Below, one piece after another: positions 50,138 through 58,240 of a DNA stretch of 64,000 nt. The notes beneath the pieces are model-generated. The model ran no database searches. It saw nothing but the letters and a program-made list of their open reading frames with translations, and was not told the DNA's origin. The translations under genes were made by a program, and so were the position numbers. The stretch is from positions 26,451-90,450 of the forward strand of contig JAAVBC010000010.1 of assembly GCA_014803765.1 (NCBI GenBank). The letters run 5' to 3'. Source of the stretch: Bacteroides sp. (GTDB taxonomy: Bacteria > Bacteroidota > Bacteroidia > Bacteroidales > Muribaculaceae). Position 1 is the first letter of the stretch; every line of letters begins with the position of its first letter.

Positions 50138-50400
50138 AAAAAGCGTAGGAATCTGTATCATTGCCGTCCTACGTTCTGAGGCTTCTCGCATTGCCCATCA
50201 ATAGTCGGACGGCAACCGCAGAAGCCCACGCTCGTATATGCAATAATGCCATCCGGCTATATTCCTCCCGGAATATCATGCCGAATGCAAGATAATCACA
50301 TATCCACGGGCATCTACCGTTGCTCAATCTCTGACTATTGATAGAAATTTTGCGAGAATTTCAGAACGTCAAAGAATCAGCGCGGATAAACGCTTTTTAT
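50138..50400 (-). ncRNA. Putative structured cis-regulatory leader RNA (copy 1)
   Basis: Long interrupted hairpin: 50171-50190 pairs with 50351-50369, and 50197-50206 pairs with 50333-50342. Alternative terminator-like pairing of 50141-50149 with 50225-50232. Confidence 0.65.
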
Positions 50401-50490
50401 AAATAAATCAATATCCGATATTTCGGATATCATCTACTTCCCGCCACACTTTACCCTTTCGTGGGGTTCTGCGTTACCGGTTAGTGCTCA

Positions 50491-50522
50491 CAAAATTAAT
50501 ATTTTCTCATCTATCCTCCAAA
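50491..50522 (-). promoter_or_regulatory. Sigma-A promoter driving leader 1 and the T9SS module
   Basis: TTTG (50522-50519), a 20-nt spacer, then TAATTTTG (50498-50491). Confidence 0.75.
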
Positions 50523-50548
50523 ATTATTCCGATTTTTAGAGAATTTTT

Positions 50549-50840
50549 AGAGAGTGTTTGAATTTAGACTCTCTTAATACATTAATCCGAAATGCCATAG
50601 GGGAATAATATTCCCGCTTCCGAATTCTCTAAAATCCCTCACTCAGGGACAAATTCCGACAAAAACATCCCTCACTCAGGGATAAAAGAAACATATTTTT
50701 AGACTAAAGCGCGTAAACACATATCTTTCAGACACATATAAATATATTTATTTAGACAGAAGCTTGGGGCTTTTCTTTTTAGACATATGCACATAAGCAC
50801 ATAAGACACATAATTTATTCTATTTATGAGCCTTATGTAC
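50549..50840 (-). pseudogene. Internally deleted copy of the AAA-ATPase cassette
   Basis: 50549-50627 matches 51977-52055 and encodes EFGSGNIIPLWHFGLMY*. It is joined directly to a copy of the ATPase upstream region (~53200-53442). Confidence 0.9.
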
Positions 50841-50935
50841 ACATGAGTATTATGGGCCTTATTATGGGCCTTATTATGGGTCTATTGTCTAAAAAGAAAA
50901 ACGTTTGCATCTGACAGGGTACTGCGCTTCGGATT

Positions 50936-51030
50936 AGAATTGTAAAGAATGTGGTTCGCGCGGAATCGGCAAGGGGCTTAGCCCTTTATGCCTTCGGTCG
51001 CGGAAATAGCGGAATTTTCGCGGAATTCTT
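50936..51030 (-). repeat. Repeat family A, copy 4 (3' half, same subtype as copy 1)
   Basis: The reverse complement matches the 3' half of copy 1 (~45980-46072), including CCGAAGGCATAA.GGGC.AAGCCCCTTGCCGATTCCGCGCGAAC. Confidence 0.9.
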
Positions 51031-51114
51031 TCTTTGCAAATTTATATTCCCCTAAATTTTTTAGCGGATATTAATAAAAATAAAAAATATGTGCCACATG
51101 TCTGAGAAAGGAGA

Positions 51115-51146
51115 TCGGGACCGCATTTATCCAGATGCGGTCCCGA
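51115..51146. terminator. Strong hairpin, probable terminator
   Basis: Perfect 12-bp stem TCGGGACCGCAT-TTATCCAG-ATGCGGTCCCGA. Confidence 0.65.
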
Positions 51147-51384
51147 CAACGACATAGTTAGATGGTATATAGTGAGGGATAATATTTTTAAGAATTCTTT
51201 AGTATAACCGGAAGAATCCTCTATGATTACAACTCCCATTAATGTCAACCTACACGGAAGTTTTTCGATGTGACATTCTTATAAGTTTTTAGATTGCAAA
51301 GATAGGGAATCCGTGAATTAAAATCTTGAAATAGTGTCTTATAAGATTATACAGACTGTGGCGAGATTTTATACTCTATTCTTA

Positions 51385-51606
51385 TTAATCCTTATGGTGG
51401 TGGTAATCGTTAGAAAGATCTTCGAAAAAATCGTGGTCTAATATTCTGCTGAGTCGTTCAAGTAAAGCTGTGTCAATTGTAGGACGTCGGAAAATGTCAT
51501 AGATGTTGGTGCGATTGCAGTTGAGCTGAATTGCAAGCCACGTAGCGTTATGACCTTTTGGTTGCTGATCAAAAACCTCTTTTATTCGTTTGCCGATATG
51601 TAACAT
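51385..51606 (-). CDS. Small XRE/Cro-like HTH DNA-binding protein
   Basis: HIGKRIKE...TWLAIQLNCNRTNIYDIFRRPTIDTALLERLSRILDHDFF, a typical Bacteroidales small HTH. Confidence 0.88.
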   Translation of the reverse strand: MLHIGKRIKEVFDQQPKGHNATWLAIQLNCNRTNIYDIFRRPTIDTALLERLSRILDHDFFEDLSNDYHHHKD

Positions 51607-51661
51607 AGTGATCTCGGAATGACCATGATCGTTCCCTATTGGTCGACTGACGGACGATGGT

Positions 51662-51890
51662 AAAAAAAGAAGACGTGGAACGATGTTCAGTTTATCTCAC
51701 ATCAGGCATCGCCAAACGCCTCTTACAGAATAAACAGTCCACTCCCACGCCTTGTCCGATATAGCGGCACACCCCCTTGCCGGGGGAGTGGACATTACAC
51801 GGCAAGCTAAGGAGCGTTTAGACTGCTTTATCTTCTGCAAATGAAATTGGCGATTTCGATGTGAAAGACAAAGCAAAAAACGCTTCTTGA
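51662..51890 (-). ncRNA. Putative structured cis-regulatory leader RNA (copy 2)
   Basis: 51697-51715 pairs with 51847-51864. Alternative pairing of 51672-51680 with 51742-51751, followed by a U tract. Confidence 0.65.
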
Positions 51891-51923
51891 CAAAAATGAA
51901 GAAAACACTATCGTTTTCAAAAG

Positions 51924-51955
51924 CAAATATACTAAAAATTACACATGTACACAAA
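51924..51955 (-). promoter_or_regulatory. Sigma-A promoter driving leader 2 and the HTH gene
   Basis: TTTG (51955-51952), a 20-nt spacer, then TATATTTG (51931-51924). Confidence 0.75.
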
Positions 51956-52001
51956 AATCCTGTACGAAGTCTGATAAGAGAGTGTTTGAATTTAGACTCT
52001 C

Positions 52002-53174
52002 TTAATATATTAATCCGAAATGCCATAGAGGAATAATATTCCCGCTTCCGAATTCTATATCATCTTTTACTATATAGCCATTAGGATCCCCTTCAAGCTG
52101 ACGCTGCCCCTTATTCTTTCCGCCGACTTCAAATATCTTATCTCCAATTTTGAAATCGGCAATTCGGGATGTTCTGACTGCTGAAGTGACCCGGACTTGA
52201 TTCTGAAAAAAGGTTTCTCGAACATTCCCGATATCTGTCCCCACACCTGCCAGTGCATACATGAAATTCGGATTATCAAGATATAATTTTTCAACTTTCC
52301 CCAAGCTGCGCAACCCGTTAGTGTCATCCCGAAGCAATGATATCATACCTGCCCTTTCCAATAGACTTAGATATTCGGGGAGAGTATTCTTGCTTACCCC
52401 CACTTCTACGGCAAGTTTCTCAATGCTCGGCTTATATGGCGCAAGATTTGACAGAACTCCAAGTAATTGTTTGAGCTTACGGGCAGTAGTTGCCATCATA
52501 TCAGCAAAAAGCGGAATGTCGGTCTCTACGGTTTGGGAGATTATCTGATTGAGTCTCATTCCGAATTCAGGCTCGTGAGAGAAGGGGAAGTAGCCCGTCT
52601 GCAAATATTGATGGAAATCGGGGAGGGGGTGAGGAATCTCCGGGAGATCCACTCTATGTTCCAGAATCTCTTGAAGAGTATAGGGAGCAATCTCCACACC
52701 CTTATAGAGTCCTAAATACTCGCGAAAGGATAATCCTTGTATATGAAACATTAAGGCTCTTCTGCTGAGATCTGCCTCACCCTTTTTAATATCAAGGATG
52801 GAGCTTCCGGTAAAAATTACCTGCAATTCGGGAAGTGTGTCATGGATCTGCTTAAGCTCTTTCGACCAATTCTTATATTTATGAATCTCATCAATTACGA
52901 GAAAATTTCTACCCGACTTCACCATTTCATTAGCCAATTCGAGCAGGGAATGAGTAGAGAAATAGATATTATCGGCATCTACATATAGACTTCTATCAGG
53001 ATCCCGCTGCAGAATCTTCTGAAGAACAAGAGTGGATTTACCGACACCTCGAGGACCTGTCAGACCGATCAAGCGCGCATTATCAGGCAACTTATCATAC
53101 ACATATCTTCGAAAAGAGGTAGGAGTATGACGCAGGATTTGCCTCATTGTATGGAAAAGTGTATTATCAATCAT
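52002..53174 (-). CDS. AAA_14-type ATPase with C-terminal DUF4143-like (wHTH + PD-(D/E)xK-like) region
   Basis: Walker A GPRGVGKST, Walker B VIDEIH, TGSS, DLSRR, EKLYLDNPN, RETFF and DF..FEVGGK motifs. ATG at 53174 is preferred over the TTG at 53201. Confidence 0.9.
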   Translation of the reverse strand: MIDNTLFHTMRQILRHTPTSFRRYVYDKLPDNARLIGLTGPRGVGKSTLVLQKILQRDPDRSLYVDADNIYFSTHSLLELANEMVKSGRNFLVIDEIHKYKNWSKELKQIHDTLPELQVIFTGSSILDIKKGEADLSRRALMFHIQGLSFREYLGLYKGVEIAPYTLQEILEHRVDLPEIPHPLPDFHQYLQTGYFPFSHEPEFGMRLNQIISQTVETDIPLFADMMATTARKLKQLLGVLSNLAPYKPSIEKLAVEVGVSKNTLPEYLSLLERAGMISLLRDDTNGLRSLGKVEKLYLDNPNFMYALAGVGTDIGNVRETFFQNQVRVTSAVRTSRIADFKIGDKIFEVGGKNKGQRQLEGDPNGYIVKDDIEFGSGNIIPLWHFGLIY

Positions 53175-53203
53175 ACCACAAATATAGTAAAATTCCCCCA
53201 AAA

Positions 53204-53284
53204 TCCCTCACTCAGGGACAAATTCCGACAAAAACCTCCCTCACTCAGGGATAGATTTCGATAAAAACATCCCTCACTCAGGGA
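53204..53284. repeat. Three palindromic 15-mers TCCCTCACTCAGGGA at a 33-bp period (two more at 50635 and 50668)
   Basis: Exact copies at 53204, 53237 and 53270. Confidence 0.95.
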
Positions 53285-53310
53285 CAAAAGAAACATATTT
53301 ATAGACAGAA

Positions 53311-53515
53311 GCACATAAGCACATATATTTCAGACATATAATAAATATATTTATTTAGACAATAGCATGGGGCTTTTCTTTCTGACATAAGCACATAAGC
53401 ACATAAGACACATAATTTATTGTACTTATGAGCCTTATGTACTTATGTGCCTTATGTGCCTTATGTGCTTATGTGCTTATGTGCTTATGTCAAAAAAACT
53501 TATGTGTTTATGTAT
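53311..53515. repeat. Inverted arrays of 8-9-mer repeats (GCACATAA / CTTATGTG)
   Basis: GCACATAA units at ~53311-53415 face CTTATGTG(C) units at ~53425-53512. A shorter version lies at 50783-50840. Confidence 0.9.
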
Positions 53516-53560
53516 AAGAAAAATATGTGCATATGTCTAAGAAAAATATGGGGCGTATGT

Positions 53561-54157
53561 CTAAGGGAGGGTGACGCGGACGATGTATTCGTCGGGGGTC
53601 GCGGCAAGGACCTCCGTGGAGAATCCCCACGTGCGGATGCGGTCAGCAAGGAGCGCAGGGGAGGGGAGAAGATCACTCTCGGCATGACGATCCCCATGTA
53701 TGTTATTGATGAAGTTTTCATCTGAAGGGAAGGCTATGAATATCTTTCCGCCGGGCTTCAGATTCATCTTGAAGAGCCATCGCATCGTCTCCTCCGGTGA
53801 ATGAAGATGGGGATAGACTGAATAGAGCAACGCTATATCATAAATCCCCGGAATCTGCTCTTCCTCAAAATCCAGTCGCAGAAACTCCACATTCCTTAAA
53901 TCTCCGTACTTCTGCCGCGCAATTCCCAACATCCCTTCCGACATATCCAGTCCGACAACTTTCCCCGACTCCCCGACCATTTCGGAAAGATAGGGAGCCA
54001 ACACCCCCGTGCCCGTCCCGAGATCCAACACACTCATCCCACTCTCAATACCCATCTTCCCCAATATCGAACGAATACGCTCCGGAGTCGAACGAACCTC
54101 TGCCGCATCCCATTCAGGAGCCAAAGCATCAAAAAAATCTATCTCTGACTGATTCAT
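53561..54157 (-). CDS. Class I SAM-dependent methyltransferase
   Basis: FFDALAPEWD, VLDLGTGTGVL, DMSEGML and YPH motifs. Confidence 0.92.
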   Translation of the reverse strand: MNQSEIDFFDALAPEWDAAEVRSTPERIRSILGKMGIESGMSVLDLGTGTGVLAPYLSEMVGESGKVVGLDMSEGMLGIARQKYGDLRNVEFLRLDFEEEQIPGIYDIALLYSVYPHLHSPEETMRWLFKMNLKPGGKIFIAFPSDENFINNIHGDRHAESDLLPSPALLADRIRTWGFSTEVLAATPDEYIVRVTLP

Positions 54158-54205
54158 ATAATTCTCTAAACTTAATTTTCAGTGATTATTTTTCTTTTAT
54201 AATAA

Positions 54206-54253
54206 CAAAATTAACCTAAATAAAGTTAATATTGAAATTTTTTACTAACTTTG
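54206..54253. promoter_or_regulatory. Divergent overlapping promoters with a central dyad
   Basis: TAATTTTG on - (54213-54206), TAACTTTG on + (54246-54253), and ATTAAC-N9-GTTAAT at 54210-54230. Confidence 0.6.
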
Positions 54254-54288
54254 TCGCCATAACTTTCAGAAATTATATACCCCAAAAC

Positions 54289-56169
54289 ATGGACAAAAAC
54301 ATTCCCTCCCTTTTATTCGCGATGATAGCAGGCTCCATTGCTGCTACTCACGCCGCTGAAGCTCCTCGCGACACGACCAACCTCGGAGAACTCGTTGTGA
54401 CAGCTCCGTTGAAGACCAATCCTGACCTCATCCCACTGAACGTAACGCAGGTCAGCGCATCTGAGATCGAAAAATCGGGGGAGAGTTCACTACTCCCGGT
54501 ACTCGTAGCGAAAGTGCCCGGTCTATTCGTCACGGAACGCGGATTCGCCGGCTATGGTGTGTCGGGCGGTAGCGCCGGAAGCGTCAATATCCGCGGAGTA
54601 GGACAGGGGAATCAAGTGCTCTTCATGATTGATGGTCAGCCTCAGTGGGCAGGAGTATTCGGACATTCCCTTGCCGACACATACGTCGCCAATGGGGTCG
54701 AGAAGGTCGAAGTAGTGAAAGGTCCATCTTCGCTCCTATATGGTTCCAACGCGATGGGCGGGTCAATCAACCTGGTCACTCACACACAGACAAAGGATGG
54801 ACTGACAGGCAGAGCCCGCGCCATGTTCGGCTCATTCTCCACACAGAAATTCGCACTATCATCAGGCTATAAGAAAGATCGCTTTTCCGCAACTCTTTCC
54901 GGTCAGCTTGATCGCAGCAACGGCAACCGCGCCGGGAGCGCTTTCTGGCTTGCCAACGAATTCCTGCAGCTGAAATACGCCGTCTCCGACCACTGGAGTA
55001 TAGCCGGAATGCTCGACATGACGCAAAGCCATGCCAATAATCCGGGTACACTCCAGGATCCCCTTGAAAATATGTGGACCGACATATTCCGCGGCACAGG
55101 CGGCATCTATGTAAAGAATAGTTACAAAAAGGCTGATGGCGGCATACAGGGCTATATCAACTGGGGACGCCATAATGTTGATGACGGAAATACCCCCGGA
55201 ACGACACCTCGCGACTATCTATTCCATTCTACAGACTATAACATGGGCTTCACTGCCTATGAATCCCTCTACCTCTGGCAAGCCAACACACTCTCTGCCG
55301 GAATCGATTTCCAACATTGGGGAGGACATGTCTGGAACACCGACAAAGCGGATGAATCCATCCGATCTTCAGAGGCAACCCATCATGTAAATGAAATAGC
55401 GGGCTACGTCATGATGCAGCAGGGCTTCTTCAACGATATTCTGAACATCAACGGCGGCGTACGCCTTCAGCACGGCTCGACATACGGTAATGTCTGGGTT
55501 CCCCAAGCAGGCTTTATCGTCCGCCCGGGTCACTCTTCTCAGATAAAGGGTTCATTCAGCAAGGGATTCCGTTCGCCCAACATCCGCGAACTCTATCTCT
55601 ATCCCCCCGCAAATCCCGACCTTAAGCCGGAATATATGCTCAACTATGAATTAAGCTATCGCCAGCATTTTCTCAACTATCGGCTGATGGTCGGAGCCGC
55701 ACTATTCTTTATCGATGCCCGCGACATGATTCAGACAGTACGCATCGACGGACGCCCCCGCAATGTCAACACCGGCAAATTCCACAACAAAGGTTTTGAA
55801 ATTGAGGCGGCATATTCCATCCTTTCCAACCTCTCGGCAAATGCGTCCTGGTCCTACCTCCACACTGACTCCGACACCAACCTCTATTCCCCGAAGAATA
55901 AACTGAACGCTGAGCTGACATACTCTCCCGGTCCCTGCAGTTTCACTCTTGAGGAAATGAGTATCTGGGGGATGAAGAACGGGAATCCCGACGGAAGTTC
56001 AACAGCATATTCATTACTCAACTTCCGCGCAGCCTATACACTCGGAAAGACTGTGCCGGTCACTCTCTCCGTAAAGGTCGACAACATCACCAACAAACAC
56101 TATCAGATAATCTACGGATGCCCGATGCCGGGGACTACCATCATGGGTGGCGTCGAATTCAAGTTCTGA
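54289..56169 (+). CDS. TonB-dependent receptor (BtuB/CirA-like, probable metal/cofactor uptake)
   Basis: TonB box ELVVTA, plug IRG...MIDG...VEVVKGPSSLLYGSNAMGGSIN, NPDLKPE and a C-terminal F. Start at 54289 lies downstream of the promoter. Confidence 0.93.
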   Translation: MDKNIPSLLFAMIAGSIAATHAAEAPRDTTNLGELVVTAPLKTNPDLIPLNVTQVSASEIEKSGESSLLPVLVAKVPGLFVTERGFAGYGVSGGSAGSVNIRGVGQGNQVLFMIDGQPQWAGVFGHSLADTYVANGVEKVEVVKGPSSLLYGSNAMGGSINLVTHTQTKDGLTGRARAMFGSFSTQKFALSSGYKKDRFSATLSGQLDRSNGNRAGSAFWLANEFLQLKYAVSDHWSIAGMLDMTQSHANNPGTLQDPLENMWTDIFRGTGGIYVKNSYKKADGGIQGYINWGRHNVDDGNTPGTTPRDYLFHSTDYNMGFTAYESLYLWQANTLSAGIDFQHWGGHVWNTDKADESIRSSEATHHVNEIAGYVMMQQGFFNDILNINGGVRLQHGSTYGNVWVPQAGFIVRPGHSSQIKGSFSKGFRSPNIRELYLYPPANPDLKPEYMLNYELSYRQHFLNYRLMVGAALFFIDARDMIQTVRIDGRPRNVNTGKFHNKGFEIEAAYSILSNLSANASWSYLHTDSDTNLYSPKNKLNAELTYSPGPCSFTLEEMSIWGMKNGNPDGSSTAYSLLNFRAAYTLGKTVPVTLSVKVDNITNKHYQIIYGCPMPGTTIMGGVEFKF

Positions 56170-56199
56170 TTCTCTGAGATAATTATTCTTTATCGGATT

Positions 56200-57546
56200 A
56201 TGAAGACACGTCTGTCCGTCCTCTATTTTCTGCAATTTGCCGTGTGGGGGTGCTATCTCACATGCTTCGGGCAGTTTCTGGGCGCCGGAGGATTGGGAGC
56301 GGATATTGCATGGTTCTATGCAGCTATCGGGCTGGTCTCGATAATAACCCCCTCCCTGTTCGGGCGTCTTGCCGACCGCACCCGGCGCCCCGAGACACTT
56401 CTTGGCGCCTGCCATCTGGCAGCCGCTCTGCTGATGTTCGTCATGTGGCGCTACGGCATGACCCATACCCGGCTGGAGTTTCGTATTTTCTATCCTCTTT
56501 ATCTGGGATTCTTAGCGTTCTATATGCCGACTATGGCTCTCGCCAACACCTCCTCATTCGGGTTGCTGACACAGAGAGGATACAGCACAATCTCCGCATT
56601 CCCCTCGATTCGCATCTGGGGCACTATCGGTTTTATCGCAGCAATGTGGTTTGTCAATTCCGCCTATTGGGCTCAGGGTTCTTTAGGGTTCGCCTTCCGG
56701 GATTCCGATCCGGCAGCTCATCTAAGATTCCAATATAACGCAATGCAGTTGCTCTGCAGCGGCATTCTCGGAATATCAACAGCTGTTTATTCTTTCATGC
56801 TTCCACGGCTGAAACCTTCCCGGGAGAGAGCAGATGCGAATTCACAATCCTCAGCCGACTCTCCGATTCTTCTCTTGAAGAAAATGCTTTTCGGCAAAAA
56901 GGAGATGACTCTCTTCCTTATCTTTGTCATCTTCTCAGGAGTGTGCCTTCAGATTTCCAACGGCTTTGCAACTCCGTTTATCAATCACTTCATGGCATTC
57001 CGGGAATATGCCGATTCGTTTGCCTCCGGCAATGCCACGATGCTGTTTTCCCTATCGCAGATAGCCGAGGCGAGCTTCGTTCTGCTCGTCGGAATATCTC
57101 TGAAGCACATGGGCATCCGCGGAGTCTACGCAATCGGACTCGCTGCATGGGGACTTCGCTTCCTGACACTCGCCACAGGCAATCCGGGCGATGGTCTATG
57201 GCTCCTTATAGCTTCAATGCTTATCTACGGCATCGCTTTTAATTTCATTACAATTGCCGGGCATCTCTATATCCAGCAGATAGCCCCCGCTAATATGAAA
57301 GGATTTGCGCAGGGATTGATGATGTTTCTAAGCAACGGCATAGGAGCCACTTTCGGCACTGTCGCTGCCGGAGCCATCGTCAACAGCAATTGCCACTGGG
57401 AATTGATAGAACTTCCCGCAGGCAACGCCCGGATGGGGCTCTTTATGGGCAATTGGGAAACACCCTGGCTGATCTTCGCAGCTTATGCCTTTGCAATCGC
57501 TCTTGCATGGCTGATTCTCTATAGAAAAAGTCCGATAAGAAAGTAA
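56200..57546 (+). CDS. MFS nucleoside permease (NupG/XapB-like)
   Basis: RLSVLYFLQFAVWG, FYMPT, IRIWGTIGF and SLSQIAE motifs. Confidence 0.9.
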   Translation: MKTRLSVLYFLQFAVWGCYLTCFGQFLGAGGLGADIAWFYAAIGLVSIITPSLFGRLADRTRRPETLLGACHLAAALLMFVMWRYGMTHTRLEFRIFYPLYLGFLAFYMPTMALANTSSFGLLTQRGYSTISAFPSIRIWGTIGFIAAMWFVNSAYWAQGSLGFAFRDSDPAAHLRFQYNAMQLLCSGILGISTAVYSFMLPRLKPSRERADANSQSSADSPILLLKKMLFGKKEMTLFLIFVIFSGVCLQISNGFATPFINHFMAFREYADSFASGNATMLFSLSQIAEASFVLLVGISLKHMGIRGVYAIGLAAWGLRFLTLATGNPGDGLWLLIASMLIYGIAFNFITIAGHLYIQQIAPANMKGFAQGLMMFLSNGIGATFGTVAAGAIVNSNCHWELIELPAGNARMGLFMGNWETPWLIFAAYAFAIALAWLILYRKSPIRK

Positions 57547-57607
57547 GATATTATATATAATTTAAGATAGTATTATAATTCAGGACGTAATCCGTCATTA
57601 AAACTAA

Positions 57608-57635
57608 AAGGGAGGCACATCACTGCGCCTCCCTT
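57608..57635. terminator. Terminator between convergent operons
   Basis: AAGGGAGGC...GCCTCCCTT hairpin. Confidence 0.75.
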
Positions 57636-57670
57636 CCAATTTACATCAAACTAAAATTTCACTATGAATT

Positions 57671-58213
57671 TCATTTCTTTAGAAGTGAACGTCCTTTCTC
57701 AATAGCCTGCTCATTGAGGGGAATGAGTTTATGATGGCGCTCGGGGAGAGATTTCTTCAATCCTTTGATCACATTTTCCATCGGCAACTTATACTCCATA
57801 GCTTCGAGCAATGCGCCCATTACGACCATGTTGTAAGCCTTTGAATTGCCGATCTCGAGAGTTGCGCCCATCGCATCGATGGGATAGATAGTAATATCCT
57901 CGCGAGTCGGATGATTGTGAATGCCGTTAGTGTCATAGATAAGAATGCCGCCGGGTTTCACCTTGGATGCAAACTTATCGAGACTCTGCTGATTCAGAGC
58001 GATGACAGTGTCATAGGAATCGAGCACGGGGGAGGAGATTCTTTCGTCGGAAAGAATCACGGTCACATTCGCTGTGCCGCCGCGCTGCTCGGGACCATAG
58101 GAGGGCATCCATGTAACCTCCTTATCGTCCATAAGTCCGGAGTAGGCAAGGATCTTGCCCATTGAGAGAACACCCTGTCCGCCGAAACCGGCGATGATGA
58201 TTTCTTCTTTCAT
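57671..58213 (-). CDS. 2-oxoacid:ferredoxin oxidoreductase gamma subunit
   Basis: AGFGGQGVL and PSYGPEQRGG motifs. Confidence 0.95.
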   Translation of the reverse strand: MKEEIIIAGFGGQGVLSMGKILAYSGLMDDKEVTWMPSYGPEQRGGTANVTVILSDERISSPVLDSYDTVIALNQQSLDKFASKVKPGGILIYDTNGIHNHPTREDITIYPIDAMGATLEIGNSKAYNMVVMGALLEAMEYKLPMENVIKGLKKSLPERHHKLIPLNEQAIEKGRSLLKK

Positions 58214-58240
58214 TTCTTTAGCGTTTTGGGAGGTTATTAA

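Noticed and set aside
50574-50627. ATPase 3'-end copy as a DGR template repeat
   Set aside because: The two coding-strand differences (remnant C vs gene T, remnant G vs gene A) are not at template adenines, and no reverse transcriptase is present.
51697-52026. 109-aa ORF upstream of the small HTH gene
   Set aside because: It overlaps the promoter and the structured leader, has no recognisable protein features, and has no counterpart in leader 1.
53204-53284. 33-bp periodic palindromic repeats as a CRISPR array
   Set aside because: The repeats are only 15 bp, the 18-bp spacers resemble each other, and there are no cas genes in the window.
53447-53725. 92-aa ORF MPYVPYVLMCL...
   Set aside because: It derives from the CTTATGTG repeat array and runs antisense into the methyltransferase.
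54160-54288. Cobalamin riboswitch upstream of the TonB receptor
   Set aside because: The leader is only ~30 nt after the -7 box, is AT-rich, and has no B12-box.
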